From an uncultured Gammaproteobacteria bacterium (GTDB taxonomy: Bacteria; Patescibacteriota; Microgenomatia; UBA10105; UBA927), in the NCBI GenBank assembly GCA_964449675.1, contig CAYVAR010000001.1, positions 44,877 through 108,876 of the forward strand: 64,000 nucleotides of DNA. Reading direction: 5' to 3'. The position numbers and the translations under genes are program-made. Below the pieces are notes generated by a model. That model was given only the letters and a program-made list of their open reading frames with translations. It searched no databases and was not told the origin of the DNA. Of this stretch, positions 50,201-59,834 are shown piece after piece. Position 1 is the stretch's first letter. Each line of letters starts with the position of its first letter.

Positions 50201-51006
50201 ACGGTACGCCGGTTGGAGTCATCGCTGCTCAATCAGTAGGGGAGCCTGGGACACAACTTACCATGCGGGTGCGACATGCAGGAGGAATTGTTGGGCTTGA
50301 CGTGACACAAGGACTGCCTCGCGTTGAAGAGCTTTTTGAAGTTCGCATGCCAAGAGTATTATCTCCAGTTTCCGAAATTGCCGGAAAAGTAGAAATTGTT
50401 GAAACAGAACAAGGATACAAAGTACGCGTCAAAAATACCTCGATGAAGCCACCAGAAGAGCGCGAATACATAGTTCCGCTCACGAGCGAACTACGCGTTT
50501 CTGATCGTGATTTAGTAGTATCAGGTGATCAGCTTGCGAGTGGAAGCCTTGATATAAAAGAAGTTCTTCAGATCCGAGGACTTCGAGGTGCGCAAAAATA
50601 TCTTATTACTGAAATTCAGCGCGTCTATGAGTCACAAGGAATTCAAATATCCGATAAGCACTTTGAAGTAATTGTCAGAAAAATGAGCGAAAAAGTTCGC
50701 ATCGATACGTCAGGTGACACGATGTTATTACCAGGTGAGCTGGTAGACCGGATGCGATTTCAAGAAGAAAACGCACGAGTACTTGCTGAAGGAGGAGAAC
50801 CAGCGACTGCGCAAATCGTCATCCTTGGTATCACGCGAGCATCCCTTTATACAGAAAGCTGGTTATCTGCTGCTTCCTTTCAAGAAACAACGAATGTGCT
50901 CACCGATGCGGCTCTTGCGGCAAAAGAAGATAAGTTGCTGGGGCTTAAAGAAAACGTTATAATCGGGCGACTCATTCCTGTATCTAGTGATAGTGCACAA
51001 GTATAG
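47293..51006 (+). CDS. rpoC: RNA polymerase beta' subunit
   Basis: NADFDGDQMAVH and GEPGTQLTMR. Confidence 0.99.
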   Translation: MDKKGTFANIVDFSGLRVTLASPETIKSWSYGEITKPETINYRTLKSEKDGLFDERIFGPTKDWECYCGKYKRIRYRGIICDKCGVEVTQSKVRRERMGHIALAAPVAHVWFFKSAPSKLSLLLDISPRALEEVIYFSQYLVTMVDEDKKKSVLAHVSDIGKKRLHDVDGRLKDEKGTRHEAFQKEKETLKVRSLGIEAKELAISEIDLEEKQDLALIEENSTKEKGKIEEIIKSLESIVRSIKPLSTLTEDEYLRLLEYDAANCFSVGMGAEAIVEVVKKLDLDKLASHLREEIQNSTGQRHIKATKRLRVVDGMRKAQINPSWMILSTLPVIPPDLRPMVQLTGGRFATSDLNDLYRRVINRNNRLKHLMDLGAPEIILRNEKRMLQEAVDSLIDATQRPSSRAVIAPLRSLSDMLRGKQGRFRQNLLGKRVDYSGRSVIVVGPELKLTQCGIPKEMALEMFKPFVLRELIVRGIAPNVKNAKNVLERRTPEVFDILEEITKNHPVLLNRAPTLHKLGIQAFYPILIEGAALRIHPCVCAGYNADFDGDQMAVHIPLGSESQHEAIHLMLPTHNLLKPADGSPITVPNKEMVLGCYYLTTNQEDLIKDEKQLPLFSDTRTAIYVYQTGTLLLREPIRVMIAGSAMVTTVGKILFNEILPQALRFINTPVKAATVKTIITKALSLYPKEDVVTLIDAIKTIGFWGATLCGGLSVSVFDCEMIPEKAEILSEAENKVTEIDNNYQQGLITLEEKKRLSNEVWIEITEKIADMTWQKLPADNPVKMIIDSGSARASKDQLKQLSAIKGLVVDPLGKIVELPTKSNYREGLEIFEYVTSTRGSRKGLTDSALKTADAGYLTRRLVDIAHEAIIRIADCGTSEGFDISRNEKRQTSLSVRVIGRYTAGDITAPNSKKILVKKGELIAEKHAKLFEEHGVTEVLVRSPITCQAQVGLCVKCYGRDYATGTDVENGTPVGVIAAQSVGEPGTQLTMRVRHAGGIVGLDVTQGLPRVEELFEVRMPRVLSPVSEIAGKVEIVETEQGYKVRVKNTSMKPPEEREYIVPLTSELRVSDRDLVVSGDQLASGSLDIKEVLQIRGLRGAQKYLITEIQRVYESQGIQISDKHFEVIVRKMSEKVRIDTSGDTMLLPGELVDRMRFQEENARVLAEGGEPATAQIVILGITRASLYTESWLSAASFQETTNVLTDAALAAKEDKLLGLKENVIIGRLIPVSSDSAQV

Positions 51007-51095
51007 AATAAATAATCTGCTCATGAAGAATCTGCTAATCTGCGAGTAAAAATTAGCAGATTTAATTATTAGTAGATTAGTAGATTTTTTATAGT

Positions 51096-51533
51096 ATGCC
51101 TACGATAAATCAACTCATTAAATACGGCAGGCGGAGTAAATCAAAAAAGGTAAAGGCGACTGCGCTTCGCAAGTTTTTTAATGCAAAAGATCGCATCACC
51201 AAGAAGCTTCAGGCCCCCTTTAAGCGTGGTGTTGTGACGCTTGTGAAAACCATGACTCCAAAAAAGCCAAATAGTGCGCTTCGAAAAGTGGCAAGAGTAA
51301 GACTTTCAAATAAACAAGAGGTGACTGCATATATTCCTGGTATCGGACATGAACTCACCGAACACGCGATTGTACTTGTTCGAGGAGGTCGAGTGCCGGA
51401 TTTGCCGGGAGTCAAATATCATATAGTACGTGGTAAGTTTGATATGACGGGTGTGGTAAGCCGTAGACAAGGACGCAGCCGCTACGGCGCCAATGCGTCA
51501 GGTCCAGGACCGACGGTAGCAGCTGCTAGCTGA
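51096..51533 (+). CDS. rpsL: 30S ribosomal protein S12
   Basis: [11 protein letters not shown] and DLPGV. Confidence 0.98.
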   Translation: MPTINQLIKYGRRSKSKKVKATALRKFFNAKDRITKKLQAPFKRGVVTLVKTMTPKKPNSALRKVARVRLSNKQEVTAYIPGIGHELTEHAIVLVRGGRVPDLPGVKYHIVRGKFDMTGVVSRRQGRSRYGANASGPGPTVAAAS

Positions 51534-51540
51534 GAATTAA

Positions 51541-51642
51541 TAAACAAATCTACAAATGATAAATCTACAAATGAATGAATAAATGATTAAATCATTTACT
51601 AAATAAATTATTCATTTGCATATTTGTCGGATTTGTAGATTC
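51541..51642. repeat. Short-tandem-repeat hairpin element
   Basis: AATCTACAAAT x2 facing ATTTGTAGATT; a similar element lies at 51012-51087. Confidence 0.65.
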
Positions 51643-51648
51643 TAGAAT

Positions 51649-52125
51649 ATGCCAAGAGCAGGACGAATAAAAAAACCATTACTTTCACCCGATCCCATGT
51701 ATGGGAATCGGTTGCTGTCGCGTTTTATAAACCGAGCGATGATTAATGGAAAAAAACGGGTAGCCGAGCGTCAAGTCTATCAGTCCCTTGAAACGATCAA
51801 AGCAAAAGGTGAAGATCCGATAAAAATTTTTGAAGCAGCAATTGCATCAGTTGGTCCCAAGATGGAAGTGCGCCCAAGACGTGTCGGGGGAGCGTCATAT
51901 CAAGTGCCCATGGAAGTACGAGGTGATAGACGCGTCGCGCTTGCTATCCGGTGGGTCATTGCATTTGCAAAAAAGCGTTCGAATAAAGAATACACATCAT
52001 TCGCAGAAAAACTTGCTGCAGAACTTCTTGACGCTGCAAAAGGAGTGGGTGAGTCAATTAAAAAGCGCGACACCGTCCACCGCATTGCAGAAGCCAATAG
52101 AGCTTTCGCCCATTTTAAGTGGTGA
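51649..52125 (+). CDS. rpsG: 30S ribosomal protein S7
   Basis: RRVGGASYQVP and EANRAFAHF. Confidence 0.98.
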   Translation: MPRAGRIKKPLLSPDPMYGNRLLSRFINRAMINGKKRVAERQVYQSLETIKAKGEDPIKIFEAAIASVGPKMEVRPRRVGGASYQVPMEVRGDRRVALAIRWVIAFAKKRSNKEYTSFAEKLAAELLDAAKGVGESIKKRDTVHRIAEANRAFAHFKW

Positions 52126-52316
52126 AAGCTCTATGAAGTCCCGCCGAATCGCTCCACGAGCCGTCTACGAATAGTAGTGAAAAGGCGAGCGGTAAGATTG
52201 TGTGGGACGAACCGTGCATTTGCCACTTTAAGTGGTAGTACTGCCCTCTACAAAGATCCCTGTGTATAGTAACATACTTCTTTTCATCTCTTCTTACAAT
52301 TTTTATACATCGTTTT

Positions 52317-53468
52317 ATGTCTAAAGAGATAACCACGTTATCGCGACGCGAATTTCTAAAAGGGATGCTTGGTGGTTCAGCGGGAGCACTCGCACTACTT
52401 TATACCCCAGATGGACTTGCTTGGCTTATGGGTGAGCCGTTGCAAGAAGAAGAACAAGAAGTTCCTTACCCAGATGGAGGTTGGCTTGAGACGATGGTTC
52501 CAGACAGAGCGGCGTTTATCAAAATTGACGGGGGGCATCAGGATTACCTTCGTGACATGTGCCTAAAAAATTCAGTTCTACGAAGTGCACTCAAGCCTTT
52601 ATATGATGATCTGCTCTACTTACCACGATCCAGTCCTCCACTTCTTGGCGACGTCTTTCGGCAGCATTTAATGAATGCTGAAACAACATTAATCGCACAT
52701 GCAAATACATTGCTCGCGGGAGTTGAGGTTCAACATGCTCCGTCACTTGAAAATATAGTTCATGTCGCTTTATTTACTATGGCAGCTATATACAGTCCGT
52801 ATTTAACGAGAAGTGATGTACAAGAAATATTAGAAAAAAGTGATCTCCAGATACCAGAGGCACAAAAGGGTAGCTTATGGATTGACTACGATGGTTATAG
52901 AGTTCCTCGAATATTTCCAGTTGATATAAAAGAATGTGGATCTGCTGCAGACCAAATTCTTCGATGCGGAGGTATGGATAAAACAGTTCACCTCATCCAG
53001 CATTTGTTTTTGAAGTACCAATATTTTTATGCATTGCGTTATGGATTACAGGAAAAAGATCGAGTAACGAGACTCGCTCGTTTTATATCAAAGATTGGGT
53101 GGAGCAATGAGGCAAAAGCAACAATACTCGATACACTCGGTCAGTTTGCATGGGAATTTCTTGAGTCGATAGATCAGATTCGCAGTGACGCAACCACTGA
53201 TGAAAATGGTGATCTAATAGATACCGGCTTTTTTGATCCATTTGTATGGCAAGACTTTCGGGCAAATATGGTCGGTGCTCACTACGCAGATGAACTTACT
53301 CGTCATACTCTTGCATGGGATACAATAGATAAGATTGTTAATGAAATGAACGCGTTGACTAATGCGTCAGACGTTCCTCACGCGGGCGACGACGATACGT
53401 CTATAATCAGTATAGACGAAATACCTCTATTTTCTGCTGTTTACGCAGGTCAGAATGCCTATGCATAA
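52317..53468 (+). CDS. Hypothetical protein with a twin-arginine-like N-terminus
   Basis: SRREFLK followed by a hydrophobic stretch. Confidence 0.7.
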   Translation: MSKEITTLSRREFLKGMLGGSAGALALLYTPDGLAWLMGEPLQEEEQEVPYPDGGWLETMVPDRAAFIKIDGGHQDYLRDMCLKNSVLRSALKPLYDDLLYLPRSSPPLLGDVFRQHLMNAETTLIAHANTLLAGVEVQHAPSLENIVHVALFTMAAIYSPYLTRSDVQEILEKSDLQIPEAQKGSLWIDYDGYRVPRIFPVDIKECGSAADQILRCGGMDKTVHLIQHLFLKYQYFYALRYGLQEKDRVTRLARFISKIGWSNEAKATILDTLGQFAWEFLESIDQIRSDATTDENGDLIDTGFFDPFVWQDFRANMVGAHYADELTRHTLAWDTIDKIVNEMNALTNASDVPHAGDDDTSIISIDEIPLFSAVYAGQNAYA

Positions 53469-54057
53469 AAGAGTTATTGAACACTTTCGTCTTAACGATT
53501 CGATCCTTTTTGCCTTCATTGATAAATTAGAACCAATGAAGTTGATTAAGTATGATGATTATTTTGTCTGTTTATGTCGGGAAATTATTGGACAACAACT
53601 TGCCGGGAAAGCTGCTGATGCGATATATAGACGATTCCTCAAGCTTTTCCCCAAAGGCTCCGTGACCCCAAAACGAACGCTTAAAATTTCAGATGACAAA
53701 ATCCGCAAGATAGGTCTATCATGGGCGAAGGTAACATATATTAAGGACCTTGCGAAAAAAGTTTTCGATGGTGCACTCAACTTGAGGCGACTTCCATCGC
53801 TTTCTGATGATGAAGTGATAAAAGAGTTGGTGAAGGTAAAAGGTATCGGGCCGTGGACCGCTGAGATGTTTCTCATGTTTACCCTTGGCCGGGAAGATAT
53901 ATTTTCCTATGGAGATTTGGGACTTCGAAAAGCGATTCAAAAACTTTATGGTTTTAAAAAAGAACCAACAATGCGTCAAATGGAAAAAATCGTCAATACG
54001 TGGAAACCATACCGTACCTACGCGGCACGACTACTTTGGAAAAGTTTAGAGAAATAA
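53455..54057 (+). CDS. AlkA-like DNA-3-methyladenine glycosylase
   Basis: IIGQQL, VKGIGPWTAEM and WKPYRT. Confidence 0.92.
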   Translation: MPMHKRVIEHFRLNDSILFAFIDKLEPMKLIKYDDYFVCLCREIIGQQLAGKAADAIYRRFLKLFPKGSVTPKRTLKISDDKIRKIGLSWAKVTYIKDLAKKVFDGALNLRRLPSLSDDEVIKELVKVKGIGPWTAEMFLMFTLGREDIFSYGDLGLRKAIQKLYGFKKEPTMRQMEKIVNTWKPYRTYAARLLWKSLEK

Positions 54058-54063
54058 GGTCTT

Positions 54064-55359
54064 ATGAAAAAGATATTGTACGTGACGATTGTATTTGGTG
54101 TCATGTTAGGAAGTTACTATGGATATAGATTTTATTATCAAAATCTCCGCGGTATTGGTCCAGCAATATTGCCATCAGCTCGCAACATGGACCAACTTCT
54201 AGAAGAGCAGATCAAGCGTGAATCAAGTCCTGAGTCAGTGGAACCCAATACGACAGGATTACCATTGATCTTGCCAACTAAGTTCTCAATTTCAGTTTTT
54301 GCAAAAGACCTAGGGGGTCCACGTGTACTTGCCTGGGATCCCAATGGCGTTCTTCTTGCAAGCATTCCCAGTCAGGGGAGAGTGGTTTCGATACTTCGTG
54401 CGATTGGCGAGTTTCGAGATGACCAAGTTGCGACTGTCGTTGAAGGACTGAATCGTCCACATGGGATAGCATTTTTAGGAAATACACTCTACATCGCCGA
54501 GACGAACGCTGTAGCGACCTATGATTATGATGTTAATTCTCACAAAGCCACCAACAGAAAGAAGATAATCGATCTTCCAGAAGGCGGAAATCATTTTAGT
54601 CGAACAATCGGTTTTGGACCTGACGGAAGGCTTTATATAGCAGTTGGATCTTCATGTAATGTTTGTAATGAAAACGATTGGCGCCGGGCAAAAATTCTTG
54701 TTGCAAATGCAGATGGCAGCGACCTTAAGGAATATGCAACCGGACTACGAAACTCTGTATTTTTTACCTGGCATCCGTTGACAGGTGAGATGTGGGCGAC
54801 AGAGATGGGTAGAGATCTCATCGGTGACGGCATACCGCCGGATGAGATTAACCTTATTAAGGAAGGCGCCAATTATGGTTGGCCATATTGTTATGGGAAG
54901 AATGTAACAGACTTAACGTTTTCTTCCAAAGGCTGTCAGGGCGCAATAGCTTCGCATATCGATCTGCAGGCACACTCGGCACCGTTGGGTCTCGCATTTA
55001 TTCCCAATAGGAAGCCAAGTAGCTTAAAGGATGAAGGAGCCAACAAAATTGCGACCGCAAAAATATTGACTCCTTCGCTATGGCCGGAGGAATATCTGGG
55101 AGATTTGTTGGTTGCCTACCACGGCTCATGGAATCGAAGTACGCCAACAGGGTATAAGGTAGTGCGCATGAAACTCGATTCTCAAGGAAATTACGAAGGC
55201 ATAGAAGACTTCATCACTGGATGGTTGGGACATGCATCCGCTGCTGCCGGCGCTCTCGGCCGCCCGGTGGATCTTCTATTCGACCAAAAAGGAAATTTGT
55301 ATATTTCCGATGACAAGGCAGGGGTTATATATCGCGTAACATTCCATAGTTTTGAATGA
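54064..55359 (+). CDS. PQQ-dependent glucose/sorbosone dehydrogenase
   Basis: GSSCNVC, GLRNS, NYGWPYC and HGSWNR. Confidence 0.9.
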   Translation: MKKILYVTIVFGVMLGSYYGYRFYYQNLRGIGPAILPSARNMDQLLEEQIKRESSPESVEPNTTGLPLILPTKFSISVFAKDLGGPRVLAWDPNGVLLASIPSQGRVVSILRAIGEFRDDQVATVVEGLNRPHGIAFLGNTLYIAETNAVATYDYDVNSHKATNRKKIIDLPEGGNHFSRTIGFGPDGRLYIAVGSSCNVCNENDWRRAKILVANADGSDLKEYATGLRNSVFFTWHPLTGEMWATEMGRDLIGDGIPPDEINLIKEGANYGWPYCYGKNVTDLTFSSKGCQGAIASHIDLQAHSAPLGLAFIPNRKPSSLKDEGANKIATAKILTPSLWPEEYLGDLLVAYHGSWNRSTPTGYKVVRMKLDSQGNYEGIEDFITGWLGHASAAAGALGRPVDLLFDQKGNLYISDDKAGVIYRVTFHSFE

Positions 55360-55395
55360 GGTTACAGCTAAACATAGTATAATAACATTGAACGT

Positions 55396-55827
55396 ATGGT
55401 CGAGCGACATAGGCCTATAGAAGATCGTCAAAATAATATACAGAATAGAGAAAAAATTGGTTGGTATGATGTTTGGTTTCTTCTTGCTACATCTGGATTG
55501 TTTGGCGTGTTAATAGTTCAGGATTTCTTAGAAAAAGTACAAAGATATAGTTTGACAATAGAAAGTTCTCCCGCTGTTTTGGTTCATGCAGGTATCCCAT
55601 GGAGTGAGTGTTATCCACAAGAAAATTTTCCTGATTATGATTATAACGATCTTGTATTAGGATACGTGATGGATCTACTTCCACAACTTGATCCCACAAA
55701 AGACACATGGAGATTGTATAAACAATTTTTAGACGACAATAGTATTATGAATCCAGACGGAACAGTTTCTGCCTACGTTGTGCCAGATGTTGATCTCGAC
55801 GGGAAGGTCTGCGGTATAACTATCTGA
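55396..55827 (+). CDS. Single-pass membrane hypothetical protein
   Basis: 143-aa ORF with one TM segment. Confidence 0.6.
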   Translation: MVERHRPIEDRQNNIQNREKIGWYDVWFLLATSGLFGVLIVQDFLEKVQRYSLTIESSPAVLVHAGIPWSECYPQENFPDYDYNDLVLGYVMDLLPQLDPTKDTWRLYKQFLDDNSIMNPDGTVSAYVVPDVDLDGKVCGITI

Positions 55828-55999
55828 GAAGATGGGAGTCTGCTCCTTTCAGGAGGAGGGTTGTATATTCCTTCTCGTACCGATAATCCTTAAATATTAA
55901 CCTGAGTTTAGGATCACCCAAACGTAAACGCGTAGAGGTCGAGGGTGGCGTCAGTTCGTTTGATAGTTGACATTGTACATACAATGTGTCATCATCAAT

Positions 56000-56290
56000 A
56001 TGATGAGGCGGTTTGAGTTTAGCGGAGAGAAAAATGCGTTGATAAAAAGAAAGCACGGTATTTCGTTTGAGGAAATTATTGACGCATTGGAAGGAAAGAA
56101 AATTTTGGCAGCATTTCCGCATCCGAACCGGAAGAAATATCCAAATCAAACCATGATGATTGTAGAGATAAAAGGATATGCGTGTGTTGTACCGACGATA
56201 AAAAGTGAGCAGTCAATATTTCTCAAGACCGCGTTTCCGAGCAGAAAATATACAAAGAAGTATCTAAAATCACGAAAGGAGGCTATATGA
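56000..56290 (+). CDS. BrnT-like toxin
   Basis: FEFSGEKN...KHGISFEE and FLKTAFPSRK; operator-like palindrome in the promoter at 55967-55990. Confidence 0.85.
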   Translation: MMRRFEFSGEKNALIKRKHGISFEEIIDALEGKKILAAFPHPNRKKYPNQTMMIVEIKGYACVVPTIKSEQSIFLKTAFPSRKYTKKYLKSRKEAI

Positions 56291-56589
56291 AAAAGCAGAA
56301 ATCCGTTACTCTTGATTCCTACGAAAAGGAGATCAACGATGCTATTGAACGGGGAAAAGTTCGAGAGGTTTCTCCCGCGGTTTTACAGCGTATGCGAGAG
56401 AAATATGCTCGAATAGCAAAATATACCAAAACACAAAGCAAAAAAGATCGACGCGTGAGCTTGCGGATGAATGAGCGAGACTTAGATGCTATTCAAGCGA
56501 AGGCTTCGGCTAACGGTTTACCCTATCAGACGCTCATCGCCACTATCCTTCATCAAGTGGCTACGGGTAAAGTCACGGTTACGCTGTAA
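56287..56589 (+). CDS. CopG/BrnA-like antitoxin
   Basis: RVSLRM...GLPYQTLI. Confidence 0.85.
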   Translation: MKKQKSVTLDSYEKEINDAIERGKVREVSPAVLQRMREKYARIAKYTKTQSKKDRRVSLRMNERDLDAIQAKASANGLPYQTLIATILHQVATGKVTVTL

Positions 56590-56595
56590 GGGCAC

Positions 56596-58356
56596 TTATC
56601 CAAACGTAAACGCGTAGAGGTCGATGGTACCGTCGAGGAATTCGAGCTTTAAAGTATGTTCTCCCGGAGTTGAAAGCTTGATAAGTTTATAGAGGCGATC
56701 AGAATCGATGGTTACAATACCTTCTTTTGTATCTTCACCTGCAACGTTTATCGTCAGCGATTGATTATCCAATGTTACTCGTATTCTTCCGGTAAGCCCT
56801 TCGGTTTTCGGACGCATGACGAGGAAGACTTCTTTGGCATCGAAGCGATAGGTAAGGGAAGAGCCTTGAGCAGGACTTGCGTACTCATCTCCGATCATCC
56901 ATTGGCCACTGAGTGCAAATGAATTCCTGTTAAGGTTTGTTGGCGTAGTATAGAGAGTACCTTCATCAACCTTTACTCTTTCAGGAGAAGCAAGACCACT
57001 CATTCTCCGAAATCCTAGATACGTTTCCGGAGTACGTGTTTGCACTTGATACGTTGGATTGCTTATAGAAACATCGCCAACAAGTGATCCTGATTCTTCC
57101 AAAAGTTCCTGGATTTTTTTCTCGGTCTCGTCATAATTCCCTTCACCAAAATGCGTGTAGCGGATACGGCCATCTTTATCAATCAAATATTTTGCCGGCC
57201 AATACCTGTTGTTGTACGCATTCCATGTTGCGTAGTTATTGTCCTGCATTACCGCATATTCAAGGCCGAAATCTTTAATAGCTTTGGCTACGTTGTCAGG
57301 ATTTTTTTCAAATTCAAACTCCGGTGTGTGGACGCCGATGATCACGAGTCCTTTATCTTTATACTTGGCATGCCACGATTTGAGGTAAGGAAGTGTTCGA
57401 ATACAATTTATGCACGTATATGTCCAAAAGTCTACAAGGACTACCTTTCCGTGAAGACTTTTTATTGTAAGAGCTTGTCCTGAGCTTGTCGAAGGATTAA
57501 ACCATCTTCCTCCTGAGATAAGCTCCGGTGCAGGACCTAAGTCGGGCGCAAGGAGCTTATTGAGCACATTTTTTTGAGGTTTTTGAGGAGCGCGAAGCAC
57601 ATCGAGCTGCTTTTTAACTGCGCTATTATCTTCAAACTTTGTGAGCCCGACGCCATAGTTTGGAAATTTGTCGAGGATAAAGGTTTGAAATTTTCTATCC
57701 AGTTGCAAGTAAATACTTATGCCAGCAATGATCATCAAAACTCCAAATGCTTTTTGAATTTTTCCACTGCTTGCCAGGAGCCAAGGTACTTTTTGCAGCA
57801 ACGTTCTGCCGCTGTAGGTGATTGCCAGAAGTGGCATTGACGTCCCGATAGCATAGGCAAGCGTAATGATAAACGCATCTGTCGTTACCGTGCTTGTTAC
57901 CGCAATAGTGATGATTGAGGCAAGAATTGGTCCGACGCATGGTGTCCAGACAAGCCCGAGGCTTAAACCGATCAGAAGTCCCGCAATCAGATCCGGTCTA
58001 TGGTTGGCTGTATCCGGATTGGATTGGTTTATTGGAACAAGACCTGCAAATTTTGAGAAAAACTGCTCCATGCGCACTTGAAATTTTGGATACAATAAAC
58101 TTAAGCCAAATGTCGCTACGATGACAACAGAGAGATTACGCAGAAAATCTGCAGAGAGTCCGGTAGACTTAACAATCGCGGTGAGGAAAAGAGTAAAAAA
58201 AGTAAAACTTGCAATAAAGCCAAGGATAATGCCAATCGGTCGCTTTTTGCCGCCGGTGAGGGATCCGGAAAGCACGATGGGTAGAATCGGAAGAATGCAC
58301 GGAGAAAGTATCGTAACGATACCTGCCAGGAATGAAAAGAGTATGAGAAGAAACAT
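56596..58356 (-). CDS. dipZ: DipZ (CcdA + thioredoxin + C-terminal domain)
   Basis: SPCILP, WTPCVGP, WTYTCINC and DLYAFTFG. Confidence 0.93.
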   Translation of the reverse strand: MFLLILFSFLAGIVTILSPCILPILPIVLSGSLTGGKKRPIGIILGFIASFTFFTLFLTAIVKSTGLSADFLRNLSVVIVATFGLSLLYPKFQVRMEQFFSKFAGLVPINQSNPDTANHRPDLIAGLLIGLSLGLVWTPCVGPILASIITIAVTSTVTTDAFIITLAYAIGTSMPLLAITYSGRTLLQKVPWLLASSGKIQKAFGVLMIIAGISIYLQLDRKFQTFILDKFPNYGVGLTKFEDNSAVKKQLDVLRAPQKPQKNVLNKLLAPDLGPAPELISGGRWFNPSTSSGQALTIKSLHGKVVLVDFWTYTCINCIRTLPYLKSWHAKYKDKGLVIIGVHTPEFEFEKNPDNVAKAIKDFGLEYAVMQDNNYATWNAYNNRYWPAKYLIDKDGRIRYTHFGEGNYDETEKKIQELLEESGSLVGDVSISNPTYQVQTRTPETYLGFRRMSGLASPERVKVDEGTLYTTPTNLNRNSFALSGQWMIGDEYASPAQGSSLTYRFDAKEVFLVMRPKTEGLTGRIRVTLDNQSLTINVAGEDTKEGIVTIDSDRLYKLIKLSTPGEHTLKLEFLDGTIDLYAFTFG

Positions 58357-58357
58357 G

Positions 58358-58795
58358 CTACTGTTTTGTTTTTAGTCTGTTTATGATGTCATTGACATCG
58401 CCGCCATTCCAAGTTTGGAGTGCATTGCCAACTTTATCAACTTCGACAAACGTATGCTGGTACGTTACTCCGTACCTCGTCTTAAGTGCTGTTTCACTAT
58501 CATAATCAGTTTTCAAAATGACAACGCCTTCTGGTATTTGATTGGGATTATCACTGAGCGCTTTATCCAGTGGTCGACACGTTGGACACCAGGGTGCGTG
58601 GAAGTAGAGAACCCGGCGTTTGTCCGCCGCCGCGTCAAATGCAGTTTCTGAGTAAGGAATGTATCGATCAGTTTGACTTGCTACTTGAGGCGGCTGTGTT
58701 TCCCTAGTGTACGTTGGTGAGGAAGTAGATTTCACTGTAAAAAGAATACCTCCCACCACGAGAACTGCAACTACAATACCAATTATTTTTTTCAT
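58358..58795 (-). CDS. Membrane-anchored thioredoxin-family protein
   Basis: FHAPWCPTC and YGVTYQHT. Confidence 0.88.
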   Translation of the reverse strand: MKKIIGIVVAVLVVGGILFTVKSTSSPTYTRETQPPQVASQTDRYIPYSETAFDAAADKRRVLYFHAPWCPTCRPLDKALSDNPNQIPEGVVILKTDYDSETALKTRYGVTYQHTFVEVDKVGNALQTWNGGDVNDIINRLKTKQ

Positions 58796-58851
58796 TGTTT
58801 ACGTTTCAGTATAGCACAATCTTTGATTATTTAAGGTAAAATACGGGAAGT

Positions 58852-59826
58852 ATGACGCTCCCACTTAACTGGGTCGATTGGATTATCCTTGCTGCTATTT
58901 TTTACTTTCTCGTTGATGGATGGCAAGCAGGACTTGTTTCGCTCGTAGAAAGTTTATTAGCGTTTTTGGGATCACTTTGGTTATCTATAAAATACCATGC
59001 GTTGGTAGGAAATTTTCTTGTTGAAAAATTCGGAATCCCGCAACTTTGGTCATCAGTCGTCGGATATATCATCGTTGGTTTTGTTGCTGATATTGTTATT
59101 CGTGAAGTTCTCACTATGCTCATCGGGAAACTTCCCAAAAAACTCGTAGAGTCAAAGACAAATCAATGGCTCGGGTCGATTGTTTCAGGTGTCAACGGCA
59201 TTATCCTTGTCACGTTTGTACTTCTTCTTGTTACTGCGTTACCAATTCGAGGAACGGTAAAAAATGATATCAGACAATCTACAGTAGGTAAACAACTACT
59301 TTTACTTGCCAATCGGTATGCCGGACAAGTGAAATCGACCTTAGATGAAGCGACGAAAGAAGCACTCAAATTTATTACGGTACAGCCTACGTCAAAAGAG
59401 CGCATTGTTTTGGACGTAACTCCTGGCAAAAATCAGCTTTCGATCGATAACCAGGCGGAGGTTACAATGCTTGAACTACTTAATAAGGAACGTGAAAAAG
59501 TAGGTGCACCACTTCTCGTTATTGACTCCAAAATTACCCAAGTCGCTCGATTACATAGTCGCGATATGTTTGAACGTAAATACTTTTCGCATATTACTCC
59601 GGAAGGGAAAGATGCTGGAGACAGGTTACAAGCGGGTGGAGTAGCCTATGAGGTGGCCGGAGAAAATCTCGCCTACGCACCGGATGTAAATACTGCACAT
59701 CATGGACTTATGAATAGCGAAGGACACCGGAAAAATATTCTTGATCCCCAGTTTCACCATATTGGCATCGGCGTCATTGACGGAGGAGTCTACGGCAAGA
59801 TGTTTGTCCAAAACTTCACGGATTAA
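58852..59826 (+). CDS. CvpA + CAP(SCP) domain fusion
   Basis: NWVDWII N-terminus; YFSH, GENLA and SEGHRKNIL. Confidence 0.88.
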   Translation: MTLPLNWVDWIILAAIFYFLVDGWQAGLVSLVESLLAFLGSLWLSIKYHALVGNFLVEKFGIPQLWSSVVGYIIVGFVADIVIREVLTMLIGKLPKKLVESKTNQWLGSIVSGVNGIILVTFVLLLVTALPIRGTVKNDIRQSTVGKQLLLLANRYAGQVKSTLDEATKEALKFITVQPTSKERIVLDVTPGKNQLSIDNQAEVTMLELLNKEREKVGAPLLVIDSKITQVARLHSRDMFERKYFSHITPEGKDAGDRLQAGGVAYEVAGENLAYAPDVNTAHHGLMNSEGHRKNILDPQFHHIGIGVIDGGVYGKMFVQNFTD

Positions 59827-59834
59827 TTTTCTTA

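Noticed and set aside
43877-51006. Many short antisense or alternate-frame ORFs here and across the window
   Set aside because: Shadow ORFs of well-supported genes with no independent signals
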